Positions 22,871 through 35,410 of a stretch of DNA of 64,000 nucleotides are shown piece after piece. Made by a program: the position numbers and the translations under genes. The notes beneath the pieces are model-generated. The model was given only the letters and a program-made list of their open reading frames with translations, had not been told where the DNA came from and searched no databases. The DNA is from Psammoneis japonica (lineage: Eukaryota): positions 186,001 to 250,000 of the forward strand of contig QPGO01000013.1 in NCBI GenBank assembly GCA_008632985.1, written 5' to 3'. How positions within the stretch are numbered: position 1 is the stretch's first letter; every line of letters begins with the position of its first letter.

Positions 22871-25800
22871 CATGCTGACATCTTCTGGAGCCACTTTGTT
22901 TCATCTCACCCCCCATTGAGTGCACAACCTTGAGTCAACAGGCTTGTCATTGTCACATGGTCATTTTTTAGCCACAACAGTGTGTCTGTGCTCCTGCCAG
23001 CTGTGCACCCACTCCAAAGCTTTTGCTGGTGAAAGTTGGCAACATTCCTGCTTCTGCTGTGCACAAGGACAATCAAGCCTGTCTGAAGCATGTGTGACTT
23101 CCCAAGATTTCTCTGCACACCAAACACATTGTCACCCCTGGTGATCTTTCAAAACTTGCATTGAGCCTGATTTTGGAGAACTGAGTCTCAGCTTGTTGCC
23201 AGTCAATTTGCAAAGGTGCTGAGTCTTGTCAAGCTGAAATTGATCAAAAGAGTCCACTTGGCTGGTGAGCTGGTGACTCACTCACACTTGAGAGGGAGAG
23301 TCATCATCATGACATTGTTGCCATTGTCATTGTGCCAGCATCGTCAACTTTGAAAACCAAGATCATTGCTCCAAAAAAGGTCATGTGTGGAGCATGGTTG
23401 CATGCTCAGCAGGAGTGATGAAACAAAGTGGCTTCAGAAGGGCTGTGATTGGAAAGCAATTGTGCTTCAAATGGCCATTTTCAGATCATCTTGATTTTGA
23501 AAATCAACGGTGCTGACCATGCAACAATGACGACAATGATGATGATGACATCTTGGCAATCAGGGATGTGCTCTTTTGCTGCAAACCCCTTCATGCACAG
23601 ATGGAGGCTGTTGGAAAAGACACTCTCCAGAAAAATTCAAAATGCTGGTTGCCAGTTGCCAAAAGCAAGAGAGTGCCCCATGTTGGTGCAGAGACGTGCA
23701 CAACTGGGGGTTGTCTGTGCAAGCATCCTGCACATGAGACCAAGACAGAGCAGAGTGTGATGCTGTGGGAATTGCAGAGCCACAAAAGAAGCCAGAGTGC
23801 CAGCTTGTGTGCCCACATCTACACTTGCTGCTCCAACAACTTTGAGTGCAATGACAAGCTGCAGCAACAATGTGGCAACCCAGCTGCCAATGGTGCCACA
23901 TCTTCATGGAAACCAGGAAACCAGCACAGTCCAGTTTGTTTTCTTTTGTCTCTGCTGGGTCATTCAGAGCACATTGGTCATCCAATGCAATGCCAAGTGC
24001 TGACAACAACAGCAGCAGCAGCCAATGCCATCATGGCAAACACAGTGTGTGCAACTGGGTTCAACACCAAAGAGCACAGTTTGGAAAATTGCCTGGCTTC
24101 ACTTGTTTTGTTGTTGTTTGGACAAGAACAAAGCAAAAAGATGAACAAAAATTCCAGCATGTGAATTGACTGATTTCCTTCCTGCTCTGCTGGTCCAAAC
24201 AAATGAGATGCTGCAAGTCATTGCTGCATGCCCACACCAGTAAATGCCACAGGATGGCCACAACAACACCATGAACAAAGATGGTCAATGTGAAGGACCA
24301 AAGATGTTGACACCTGCGGGTGTCAGAGAGATTCAAAATGGCACCTCAGGAACATGAGTGGGAAGAAATGGTGAAGGTGTCCTGCTGACATTTGTTCTCT
24401 TCTTTCCCCCCCCTGGCTGCTTGCTGTTCAAAAATGATGACTGCTGAAACAAGGTGACAAAAAAGTCCTGTGGCAATCAGCAATGTGCTCAATGCCATGT
24501 GTGGTTCAGTGGGTGATGGGCTTTCATCATGCCTCAACTTTTCTCAAGGACTGCTCAGGGTGTGCTTGCAACCAACAGATCAATCTCTATGTGCTGATGC
24601 TCAAGATTGCAAACACAGGCCAAACCACAAACCCTGACATCCCTTTTTTGCACCCATGGTGAACAAAGTCACATGCAAGCACAAAAAAACATCACTTGCA
24701 ATCTGTCCAAATCAAGGCCTCACTTTTTTCTCTAAAAGAAGAGGGGCAGCTGTCTGCAAAAGCTGCAAAGCACCTTGGGACCCCCCACAATCCAGGGTTC
24801 ATCCTTGCAGTCAAGATGGTTTGCACTCATGAAGTCAAATTTGTGCAAGTGTTCTCAAATGCAATGGCCGCGCTCCCAACTTGTGTGTGGTCATCTTGGG
24901 GGACGTGTCTGGACGGCTGCTGTTGGGACAATCCAGTGCAGGATTTGCACTGGAACAGTCTGTCAATCAGTGTGATTGGGGCATTTGGAAAAACTGTGTG
25001 AATGCTGGACAGATTCTGTGTCTTTTTCATGAGCTTGGGCTTGCTTCTGCTGATGCTTTTCTGCACACATGAAAAACAATGGCAAGAGCAGCCAGTTGCT
25101 GACAGCTTCCTTGGGACTTTTGGTCAGGGGTGGACTGCCTGGTGTGCATGAGGAGTTCATGGGCTGTGTCACAACCTTGGGGCACAATGTGCATGATGAG
25201 TGTTGCAGCAGGGTGGGACTGGGTCATGCAGGTGGGAGAAAAGGCAGGGGTCTGGGAGGTTGGAGATTTGGTGACCATGAGACACAAAACAGAGACTTTT
25301 TGAAGGCGTCATTGTGATGGCGTGGTGGTGTGGTGGGCGAGAAGGCCAAAGCAGGCCATTCATGCATTCTTCCAGGCAGCTGTGCACAGGGCAGCAGAGA
25401 AGACTCCCGAGGGCAAAAGGTTGGCATGGGTGCGTGTGTGTGGTGCAGGCAGCTGGGTGTTGAAACAAAGGACTTGGATGCCCCTGGGGCAGGTGGGGCA
25501 GGGACATGGGGGCAGCTCTGGTTGGCTCCAAAGAGGAGGCAATGGGCAATGCACCCAGGTGCTCCCAAGTGAACATTGGCCAATGGTGCGAGACAGGCAT
25601 CTGCTTGGCTTGCAACAGCTGTGAGAGTTGATCCACGCTGGGTCTCATGACATCTGCTGAACTTCTGCTTGTTGGTGCTCATGTGGTGTGCCTCAGTGAA
25701 AGGGTTGAGATTGGGAGTGGGGGGCAAGCCAGGAGCTGGGAGGGGAGGTTGTTTGGGAATGGCGTTGTCGATGGCTGGGCAGCTGCGACCTGGGCACAGA

Positions 25801-26370
25801 CTTGAGAGGATGGCTTGATGTGGCTGCACCAGCACACCAAATGCACATGACAAGCTCAACAACAGATTGATGGAATGTTCTTGAGTCAGCCCAAAAAATT
25901 TGCAGAGCCATGCCAAACAAAAATGATGGTCAGTGGCACAACAGGAACAACCTGCTGCTGCGTCACTTGAGAGGCTGTTCTTGATGCGCAGGGCACACTC
26001 AGAGAGTTGAAGGAGCTTGACCCAGATTTGGCTTGAAATGGCCAGATGATGATGTTTCAAATTGAAGCACATTGGGGATCACAGGTCAACTCCTTGATGC
26101 ACAAACAGGTGCCAGCTGTGAGAACAGATGTGTTTTGAATCTCGGCGGTGCAGCCGATGACAACCCAAAAATGTGTCGCAAATGATGTCGACAAAATGAC
26201 CTTGACACCTTGACTCTCTTTGCACCTCTGGAGGAGACAGGGGTGCTCTGAGGGAACATTCTGGCAGTGCTGGTGATGACAATGGCGACGCCATGGTGGA
26301 GGCAGTTTGCGCGGGAAAATTTGCGCAAAAAACTCCACACTTGGCGCTGCGGCGGAACCACATGTCACTG
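22871..26370. other. Hypermutated degenerate sequence, origin unrecognised (possibly old TE remnants)
   Basis: TA and CG depleted; Cys/His/Gln-rich spurious ORFs. Confidence 0.6.
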
Positions 26371-26396
26371 TGGATAAAAAAATGTATGCTTTCGGG

Positions 26397-26892
26397 TATA
26401 TCCCTGGTCCGCGCATCGTTGCGCTTTTGTGCAACAGTGCACGATTTTTGGGTCACAGACATTTCCCGGTCATTCTCCACACCGTTGTAGGAAAGTGCAG
26501 CAAGGATTTTATATACATCTATGTCATCGTATGCTATATGAAAATAGCATTTGCATGTCAAATGCCTCATTCGGCATGAAAATCAATATTTAAATAATGG
26601 CGCTCAAATAATATTAACCCTGTAGAATTCTACGTCAATTCCAGTAGAAACCGCGTTGTACTTTTCTGCAACGTGGCGATTTTCACGACCAAAAATGTAT
26701 CCTCTTGCTGTTTGTCATATGAAAGCCACCTCAGGTTGTTTAACACTATCAAACCACCAGACACCATCATTAAAGCCTGCTTTAACTAGTTGGGTCAGGT
26801 CAGGTGTCAAATGACCGGCTTTGTTAATGTTAGCAGCAGCACAAAACCACGTTGTACTTTCGCGCAACGTGAATGCGCGGACCAGGGATATA
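26397..26892. mobile_element. MITE / non-autonomous DNA transposon (~0.5 kb)
   Basis: Perfect 20-bp inverted repeat tatatccctggtccgcgcat (26397-26416) / atgcgcggaccagggatata (26873-26892). Subterminal cgttg..caac motifs, AT-rich non-coding interior, and absent from the paralogous block at ~1545-1600. Confidence 0.8.
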
Positions 26893-27084
26893 GAATTCGT
26901 TTAAAAAGGTCATTTGGGGCTTATCTTTTTTTCAAAAATCTTTTCAGTGACTGCTTGGCGCGACTTCAAGATAGACTGGTGCCGATCTTTCGTCAACTTT
27001 GAACTTCTTTCCTCCCGCCAACTGGTCACTTCTTCATGCTTTCGGTGTGCGGCTCATTAAGAGAAGCAAGAAGACTGTTCGACC

Positions 27085-29171
27085 ATGAGCGAAGAGAAGG
27101 AAAACGGGGTTCAGCTTGCTCCCGACGATGATGCCAGGGAGGAACCGGGTGCGACTATTGTCGAGGAGGGAATTCCTCCTGCAGACTCGGGCAAGAGCAC
27201 CAGCATCCGCAACCGCCTCTCGGCTGTTTCGCGAAAGTACGACATTGACGGCGATGGCAAGCTCGACGAGACGGAACAGGCCATGCGTGACATGGATATT
27301 GAGAACAAGGGCTTTTTGAGCAACGAAATGGTGTACAAGCTCATGCGCGAGCAGATGCAAACCCAAAAGGATCTGTGAGTTGTTGTGTGTATCCGATAAG
27401 AGTTGAATGGAAAGGCATCAGTCATATGATCGACTAACTCTTCTGTTGTTTCCTTTTTTGACAGCCTAAACGCTAAGCGTCTCGTCCTCTTTTTTGGAGG
27501 CTTTGCTCTTCTTCTCGCCGTCGCCACCATCGGAACGTCCTTTGCCGCCGCCAAATTGGCTCAAGAAACTACGACGAGCAACAACGTCCTTGTCGTCAAG
27601 GGCACGGACGAGGTTGTAGCGACCGGTCATCAAGGCAAACTCTATCATATCGTCACTATGGAGGATTCTTCGAGACGCCAGCTTGCCAACTTTACGGTGG
27701 TAGCTACGATTCCGGAGGATGACCTAGATCGCATGAAACAGCAGTGCGATGCCTCCGAATCCGTCAACATCATTCGTACATGGGATGGATACGACGCGGA
27801 AGAAGCAATTCCGGTCTGCCCGGGCAATGGTCATGGCAAAAGCCAGGGCGTCTACAAATTCCATTTGTACAATGGAAGGACGCTGGAGGTGGATTGCCGA
27901 GGACCCGGTGATTGCGACGTGGGCGGCACCGGATTTCTGCTTTCGGTAGGTGATTTCTGTACGCAAGACGCAGATTGCTTGTTCAACACCTGCTCGGGCA
28001 CACCAGGAACATGTTTTTGTCCTCGTCCTCCCGCCGATACCAGCTCATGTAGCAGTGGTCTTCTAGCTTCTTGCATCTACGGCAACTCCGCGTGCGACTA
28101 CGACAATAGCTGCATCGCCAACCTTGCCGCGGCGGATGCTGGCATCGCGTGGGACCATTGCGTTGAAGTGATGTTCGGCAGGCCCTTTGTCGACGGGGAG
28201 GGCGCACATCTCCAGGCGACTGTCGTCGACACCAACAGCACATCTACGAGTTGGTCAACCTCGTCCTACTCTGACAGTCATCAGTTGAGCGAGACGCTCG
28301 CCATCACTAATCGTGAACAAGATGCCTGCCGTCACTCTCTCGGACAAGAGTGGACAGGCCGTGCACTCGGAGAACATGCCTCAGTCGCTTCGTTCGCCGC
28401 CTTCACCCTGGCTCTCATGTCCAACAACGCTCCTCCCGATCTCGTTCGCGATTCCTTGATCGCCGGACTAGACGAAGTCCGGCATGCGGAAACCTCCTTT
28501 GCGGTCGCATCCTCCTTGATGGGACAAAGCGTGGAGCCGGGACCGTTGCCTCCCTCGACTCTTGATTTGGTAACGACCTGACGGCCATGGCAATCGCCAC
28601 CGCTCGTGAAGGATGCGTCGATGAAACGCTCTCGGCCTTGGATTTGGCCGCCGAGGCAAACGAGTACGAAGATGGCAAGGACGATTTCGTTTCGGAATTG
28701 AATCTCAAGGACAAGACCACCACCATTGCCCTAGAGGAAGCAACTCATTCGGCTCTGGCATGGCGCACAATCCGTTGGGTATGTCGCGTGGATCCGAGTG
28801 CGTGCTCAGCCGTTCAAAAGGAGGTCCTAGAACCAAGCAAGCTGAAAGCGGCGTACGAGAGGCGCTTTCCAAGTTCTGCCTCACTCAATTTTGAGAACGA
28901 GTGGACCGAGATTTACGAGGCTTTGTTGCCCTTGCTGGAAAACGAGGCCCAGAACCATTGCAACACCAAGATCAAAGGCGTCGAACCGCAAGACCTGGTT
29001 TCGATGGTGGTCAACAAGATCATCACGGGCGTCATGTGCCCGAACAACGACAGCGAGCAGCTTCCGACTCCGGTAAATCATGCTCCAGTCCACCAGCAGA
29101 ACGCTTTGGAGTGTGAAGCGGAGGCTGCGGTTGAACGTTTCGTTGGAGCGTTGGTGTCGGCTCATTCGTAA
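27085..29171 (+). CDS. EF-hand + transmembrane + Cys-rich + ferritin-like domain protein (one frameshift near 28566)
   Basis: YDIDGDGKLDETE EF-hand-like loop; intron 27375-27464 (GTGAGT..ctaac..ACAG); hydrophobic helix; EHASVASF, DEVRHA, EGCVDET and EEATHSALAW di-iron-type ExxH motifs. The frame changes at ~28566. Confidence 0.75.
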
Positions 29172-29329
29172 AAGGACAGAACGTGGGTGTGGCGGCAGAA
29201 TCAATCAAGCCAAAACAGAAAAGGGGTTTGCCGCATTCTATCACACATGTTTTGACAGTGCGAGTTGTAGTTTAGTTCCTTAAAGAAAAATAGTTTCTTT
29301 GGGTGGAAGTAGGTTTGTCTAAAATGTCT

Positions 29330-31480
29330 AGCCACTCCTCCTCAGTCTTGTGGCCGGCACCAACCTGTCCACACAGGCAGCTACGGTGGAGCTCTGGCTC
29401 TGCAAAACTCTCTGCCTGTGGGGGTGACTGCCCATGCTGTCAACACACCCCACCAACATATGAAAATGGATGTCAGCACTGAGTCCCCTTGCTTGCACTG
29501 TTGTGCTGATGACCCACTCAGTTGTCCAGTGCTCCATGGACACCAGGTCATCCTCAGGGTGGCCTGGTCCATGAGTTCCCACATGGTGGCTGCAACTGGC
29601 AACACATGTGTCCTCAAGATGGCGCTGCAGACACCATGTTGTGCCATTGGCATTCACAGGCAGTGTGGCTGCATCCCAGGACAATTTCTCACAGCATTGA
29701 AATGTTGGCCATGATGGGAGTTGCAAACTGCGGCATTTTGTCTCTCGCACTGTCTTGCCTCCATGATGAGGTCTTCAGTGCAGGCATCAAGGTCGGCACA
29801 TGATGCTGTGATGATGTGATGCACACTGCTGGGTGGTTGGTCATTGGAGCTCACAACACAAAGTTGTGAGTGCAACACACGCCACCAAGTGAGTGCCACA
29901 ACAAGTTGAGTGTGGTGGCTGCCCCTGTCCATTGTCAAGAGGAGCATCAAGCACCACTGTGTTGGCCAGCATTGCACAGCTCTTCTCTTCTTCATGGATC
30001 TGCTGGCACAGTGCATCATTGTGGGCAATCTTCTGGGTGGTTTCATCCAGCACTGTGAGCTCAAGCAAGAGTGGGTTGATTCCTTGAGCAATGCCATCAT
30101 GCTTGTCACCAGCGTGTGGGTGTTGCCAGACTGCGCACTTGCATTTCCAGCAAAACTGGTGCACAGACTCAGAAGCCTGCTCCTGTGGCTCAGTGCATTT
30201 CATCTGCAAGAGCATGTTCTTGATCATGCCCAGATGTGTTGGTTGGTGTCTTGACCAATTCCAAGGCCCTTTGACAATGCCAGGACATCAAAGCACCTCC
30301 ATTGTGCCACTTGGCTGTCATGCCATCCTGAACTGCTTTTGCCATGGGAGATGGACTTGGCATGGATCAGCTGCAGTGGGGTCACAAATTGATTCAGTTG
30401 GAGATCCAGCCCCTCACCTTGTGGCAACTGTGCTGGAGGGAAGTGTCAGGGGAAGAGGGAATGGGCACATTGAGCCACTTGCAGGGGCGGTGGCAGATGC
30501 ACCCAGATCTGAGGCTGCAGCCATGCAGGCTGCCCTCTTGACAAGCAACTCCACAGGGGCGGACATGCAGTGAGTTGGTTGGCTGCAGCAACAGTGCTGT
30601 GAACACAGGTGAGCACCTGGTTGTTGGGTGTGAGCAGTGCCAAGCAACAAAAGCAGCTGCAAGCGCTGCCTTTGGCTGCTTGCAGCTGCTGGGGAGTGCA
30701 AGGACAGAGGCAGTGGTTGACCCCATCTTGTTGTTGCCCTGGCTGTGCATCTTGCTGCTGCTGCTGCGCTGCTCTCATGATTTGTGCTGGCCATGCAAGG
30801 CTCTTTCTGTGATTTTTTGCAGAAACCAGCCATGATGACGGCGATGACTGAGGTTGCTGGCGGGGCTCTGCTCACAATGTGCATGAGGCGCACATTTCTT
30901 TTCACACATGCACACACACATGCACAACAGTGTGCCACAGCTGCCACTCTCTCCAGCCTGGCTCTGCTGTGTCATTGTGCCAGAGCATGCTCTTGATTGA
31001 AGAGGTGCACAAAGGCAGGTGTGTGTGGTTGAAACTGCGCACACACATCAGCAGCAGTTTCGCTGGGAGTGCTCATTTTAATCAACTGCAAGGTCACCAG
31101 GGAAGTCTCAGAGGGGGGAGAGAACAAACTCTCTCTTGCTCCTCTAGCATGCTGCTGCTCTGTTTTGCTCACAGAGAGAAGATGATGCCACCACAACGCA
31201 CCAGCACCACGGCAATGATGATGCATTCACAGCTGGAGCTCCCTCTCATTGGGCTCAAACCTGTCAGATGTCAAAGATTGTGAGCTTGGTTTTGCTTCGA
31301 CTGCTTTTCTCCAGCATAAAAATGGAATGGCAGGTGGTCGCTGGCTGCGATCTGACAGCTTCCTCGGGACTGCAGCTCTCTGTCACTTGCATTTTGTCGA
31401 ATGGATCATGATGTCACATGCCAATGTCCCCAGCTAGCAGCGAACAGCCAGAACCGCATGCATCACAGGCAGACCGCAGA
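29330..31480. other. Hypermutated block paralogous to ~4090-6800
   Basis: Collinear similarity; both copies are TA and CG depleted. Confidence 0.85.
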
Positions 31481-31659
31481 TGACCAGATGGACGGACGGA
31501 TCGATCGTTAGTTTCATTCAAATATTGAAATAAAAACACCCGAAGGAAGCGTTAGTTTTACAGATTGGTGGCGTTGCGCGTTGCTTGCTCTTTGCCATTG
31601 CATTCTGTTGTGTGAAGTGTCTCGCAGCTGTCTCTCGAGTAGAAGTAATAAAGTACAGC

Positions 31660-32142
31660 ATGCCGACTTCAAAAGAGGAAATCGCAGATGCCAGAGCCGC
31701 CCTGGCAGCCGAGCAAACCGCTCAGGCCCTCATGCTGTCGGCGTACCTTTTCGCCACAGCCATGATGGGCGCTTTTTTGTTCCGATTCATGTTCCCCCTA
31801 TTTCTCGTGTTTTTTCCTTCCTTGATGATTGTTGCTTTTCAGACGTGTCCACCAAATTCTTCGTTTGATGTTAAAAGGGAATTGAAAAAAGTCCTAAAGG
31901 GAGAAGACGACTTGCAACAACAACGTCCGCGAGGATTCCTGGAAGGGGCAATCCGAAACGCTAGAGCCAACATGACGGCCGAACTTGCAGCCTTTGCTGG
32001 ATATGAAGTGACAATTGCGACATATAATCAAATGTTTTCTGTGGCCACGGTTCACCTTCCAGCCATGAACAATGACTGCTTCTGGCTAGGAGCTTATGGA
32101 AAATGGACTTATGTTGGTTGCCGGGAAATTTCATCAAACTAG
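31660..32142 (+). CDS. Hypothetical membrane protein (160 aa)
   Basis: Clean ORF MPTSKEEIADARAALAAEQ... with a long hydrophobic stretch and normal dinucleotide content. Confidence 0.7.
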   Translation: MPTSKEEIADARAALAAEQTAQALMLSAYLFATAMMGAFLFRFMFPLFLVFFPSLMIVAFQTCPPNSSFDVKRELKKVLKGEDDLQQQRPRGFLEGAIRNARANMTAELAAFAGYEVTIATYNQMFSVATVHLPAMNNDCFWLGAYGKWTYVGCREISSN

Positions 32143-32805
32143 AATTGAATATGCTGCGACATGAGCAAGACTTGCAAAATAACGACATGTTTTCATCGAT
32201 GCGCCTAATGTTCTAAGGAGCTTTGTCGTAGGGTCCTAGAGTGTTAAACAAGAAATCAAATCGTCCTATGTATCCTTTGTGTTCGGCATTCATCTCATGC
32301 GTGCCGAACTCGAGTAAGTTGTAATGTAGCAGCAAGGCGTGAATATTGCAAGATGAGTGTAGTATTGCTGCTTCCTGAAAGAGTAACACTCCCGTTGTGG
32401 ATACCGCCTCTACTGTATTAATAGCACATAATACTGTACTCTTTCCCTCCAAGACTAGAGTCCAAGAATTGCAATGCGAGACCAATGCGGTCACAAGCGT
32501 GACTGCAACCTCCCTCCGACAATCTTTTCTAACGTCAATTTTGTACCATCTCTACGCAAATTTGATCTTCTCGCGCACGCTGTCACGGCTGTCGCGTTGC
32601 GTTGTGCGTCGTCGCTTACATCGTTATTGCTATTCGAATAAAAGTCTTGACACGTTGTTGCCACTTGTCACAAGTTGACGGTGACTGGTTCCCCAAGTCA
32701 TTAAAACTAACCAAGACCACTACTAGAGTGGAGCTAAATACACACGCAAACAAGGATTTAGCAACTCAATCTCGAAGAAGCTATACGCGCACTCCCAACG
32801 CAATA

Positions 32806-33517
32806 ATGCCTCCCAAGAAACGAAAAGCTGATGCCTCTGACGATGAAAAGACACCAAAGAAAAAGAAAATGACAAAGCTGGAGAAAGCAGCCGCAAGAGC
32901 TCAAGCTGCACAATGGGCAAAAGAACGAATGTTGGAAAAACAACGAAAAGCTTCAACGCCCGCAAAACGTGCACCCGCTGTTGCTACTGCTAGTAGTAGT
33001 ACCGTTGCGCAGAAGCGTCCGCCGCCAAGCCATCAGGAGAATAACAATAATGTGCTGAAAAGCCCTCCTCCATTCAAGTCACCTGTACGAAAAACAAACG
33101 CTGCTTTAAAGCCCCAGGCAGTAGAAAACGGTCATTCACAACAACGGAAAAGCAAGGATGCGCACTCTCCGTCCTTGCGATACCGCAAGCGCCGGCTCCT
33201 CCCAGGCGACAAAGTGGATGCCGATGTGGATTCTAAGTATCTTGTGCTTTTTTCTAATGGCCAATGTAGTATTGAGTGGTCTCCTTGTGCTTGAGAAAGT
33301 CAATCACCAGACAACGCTGTGGCAGCTAGAACAAGATGAGACTGACCCTCTGCCAGAGAAAGCGACGAATGATGATTCGACCGATGACGATTTGACAGTA
33401 GTTGTAGAAGCTTTGAAGGCTCGGGTTGCAGATTTGGAATCACAAAAGCGTGGGTTGCAAGAGGAATTCACAGAACTATTGGAAGAACTCATGGAGGAAC
33501 GGGCCAGTCATAACTGA
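32806..33517 (+). CDS. Hypothetical basic, probably nuclear protein with C-terminal coiled coil; exon structure uncertain
   Basis: MPPKKRK NLS-like start. A second frame (to 33517) encodes a heptad-like VVEALKARVADLESQKRGLQEEF, which needs an intron or frameshift near 33215-33300. Confidence 0.5.
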
Positions 33518-33693
33518 TGGTACAGTAAGGTTTGGTAGGATCTAGCACAAAACACTGAATGGTTTAGGTTATCATTGGCGTTGACTATAGCATAATTACA
33601 ACTACTACACTGTATGTAAGGCGCGTACCGGTACTCAGTCCGCTGATATACTTAGCTAGAACCCTGCAAACTCTACATGAGTTCAGAGCTCGA

Positions 33694-34868
33694 CTAGGAT
33701 TTGTTGAAGAGGTTCTTTAGACGGTCCAAGTCCTCTTCGCTGGGTCCTCCTGCATCGCCATCACCTCCGTCCCCGTCCCCGCCACCTTTTGGTCTCCTTC
33801 TGGGCGGAGGAGGCTCGTCATCCTCATCCTCATCATCCTCGTCATCTTCCTCTTCTTCGTCGTCACTTGCTGTTTCGTTCTTCATTCCTTTGATTGCATC
33901 TTCAATATCCGCATCTGTAACATTGCTGCTGGAGGTAACGTTAAAGTATTCCGCCCGTTGAGCATCCATGATATCAATAGCCTTTTTCAAAATCTTTTGA
34001 TTCCGTCGTTCTTGCAACAAACCACGAATGGTAATGAAGGAAAAGATGGGCAAGACAAAGGTTCCCGCCGCCTTGGCGTAGGCCATGTTCATGTTGGTAT
34101 TGGATGGCATCATACCGGCGGGTGCATCCAGTGTTTGACCCGGTGCAGCCGAAGACGACGACGACGCCGATGCAACCACGGAACTGCTTTGCTTGCCAAC
34201 CATTTCATACTTTACATCCTCGTCATCATCATGATCAAAATCTTCATCATCTTCTCCATAGTCAAAGGTTTCCTGCTTTTTCTTTTTGCTCTCCGCCTTG
34301 AGCTCCTTTCTGCTTTTCTTTGTTGCTGTTTCTTCTTCTTGTTGTTGCGGTTCTTGTGAACCCCCAAGATTCATGACAAGTTCGTCTTCCTGCTGTTCTA
34401 CATGGACACTATCACTACCCTCAGCTTGTGCTCGTGCCTGTTCCATTGTCACTCCGGGTCGCAGACTGTACATTTGTTGTTCGGGTAGGGGTGCCGCGTT
34501 TGCAACAACATTGCGCTGAGCAGCAGGACTCTTAAACGTGAGTGTAAACGCAAAAAAAGTTGTGGCAATGGACCGTTTCGATAAGTAACGTCTCCTCCAA
34601 CGACGGAGTCTTGCGAAACGTCCCAGCTTCTTGCCGTCGTCGCTTTTGTCGTTGCTGTGTTGTCGACTCGCTGATGCAGCGTCAATAGCGACTTGCCCTG
34701 ATGGCGATTGTAGTAATTGTTTCGAACCAATGCATCATGAAACAAGAATACAGTGTTTTTGTTGCTGTTACCGACTCGCCGTATCCTTGCACCACGGTTA
34801 TTTGGAACCCATGCGGTTGTCCCCACCAACAACAAGCACCACAAAAATCGAAGATATTGCTGAAACAT
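33694..34868 (-). CDS. Hypothetical signal-peptide (possibly plastid-targeted) membrane protein with acidic C-terminus
   Basis: MFQQYLRFLWCLLLVGTTA-WVP signal peptide. A putative intron at ~34700-34770 (GTAACA..CATCAG) joins it in frame to ORF 33694-34473. Confidence 0.65.
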
Positions 34869-35410
34869 TATGATTTTGTTGTGTGTACAGCAAGTAGAAT
34901 ATACTGTAGCAAACAGCAAGCGACTGAAACTCTACTCCTTATGGGTTTGTAGAGGAGACTTATTACTAGACAAGATGGTCTCTTGGGCAGACTGTATTTC
35001 GAGTTGTACCCATCAACGATGACGCCATTGATGTGCTTTCACAAAAAATGTGAACCAAAATTTGCCTCCACGTGTTTTTGCGCGTGTGGCTTTTTGTGCG
35101 TACTCATCAACAGAATCTCTGTGAGTAAGTAAAGCTGTATGGATACAGATTCCATAATTATAGGTTCTCGTGTGAATTAGAAGATGAGCGCGTCTGTGCT
35201 CACAAAACAGCGCAGACGCTTTCCCGCGCAAAATTGAAAATTGCGTTCTTCAAAAAATTCTGAAAAATCGTCGCGGTGGCGCTGTGCAGTTTGTTCAGTC
35301 ACTCGAAAGAGCTTTAGTCCCTACTTGAGTGAACTTACAATCTATTCTAGACACTCACGGAGAGTGTATACCCACAAGAAGTGTTGTTATAGTCTGCGCA
35401 TACATTAAAC

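Noticed and set aside
23100..26100. Possible non-LTR retrotransposon remnant (CPVHSC-like motif on the minus strand)
   Set aside because: No RT or endonuclease motif could be recovered by eye. It needs an HMM search after in-silico reversion of TG/CA.
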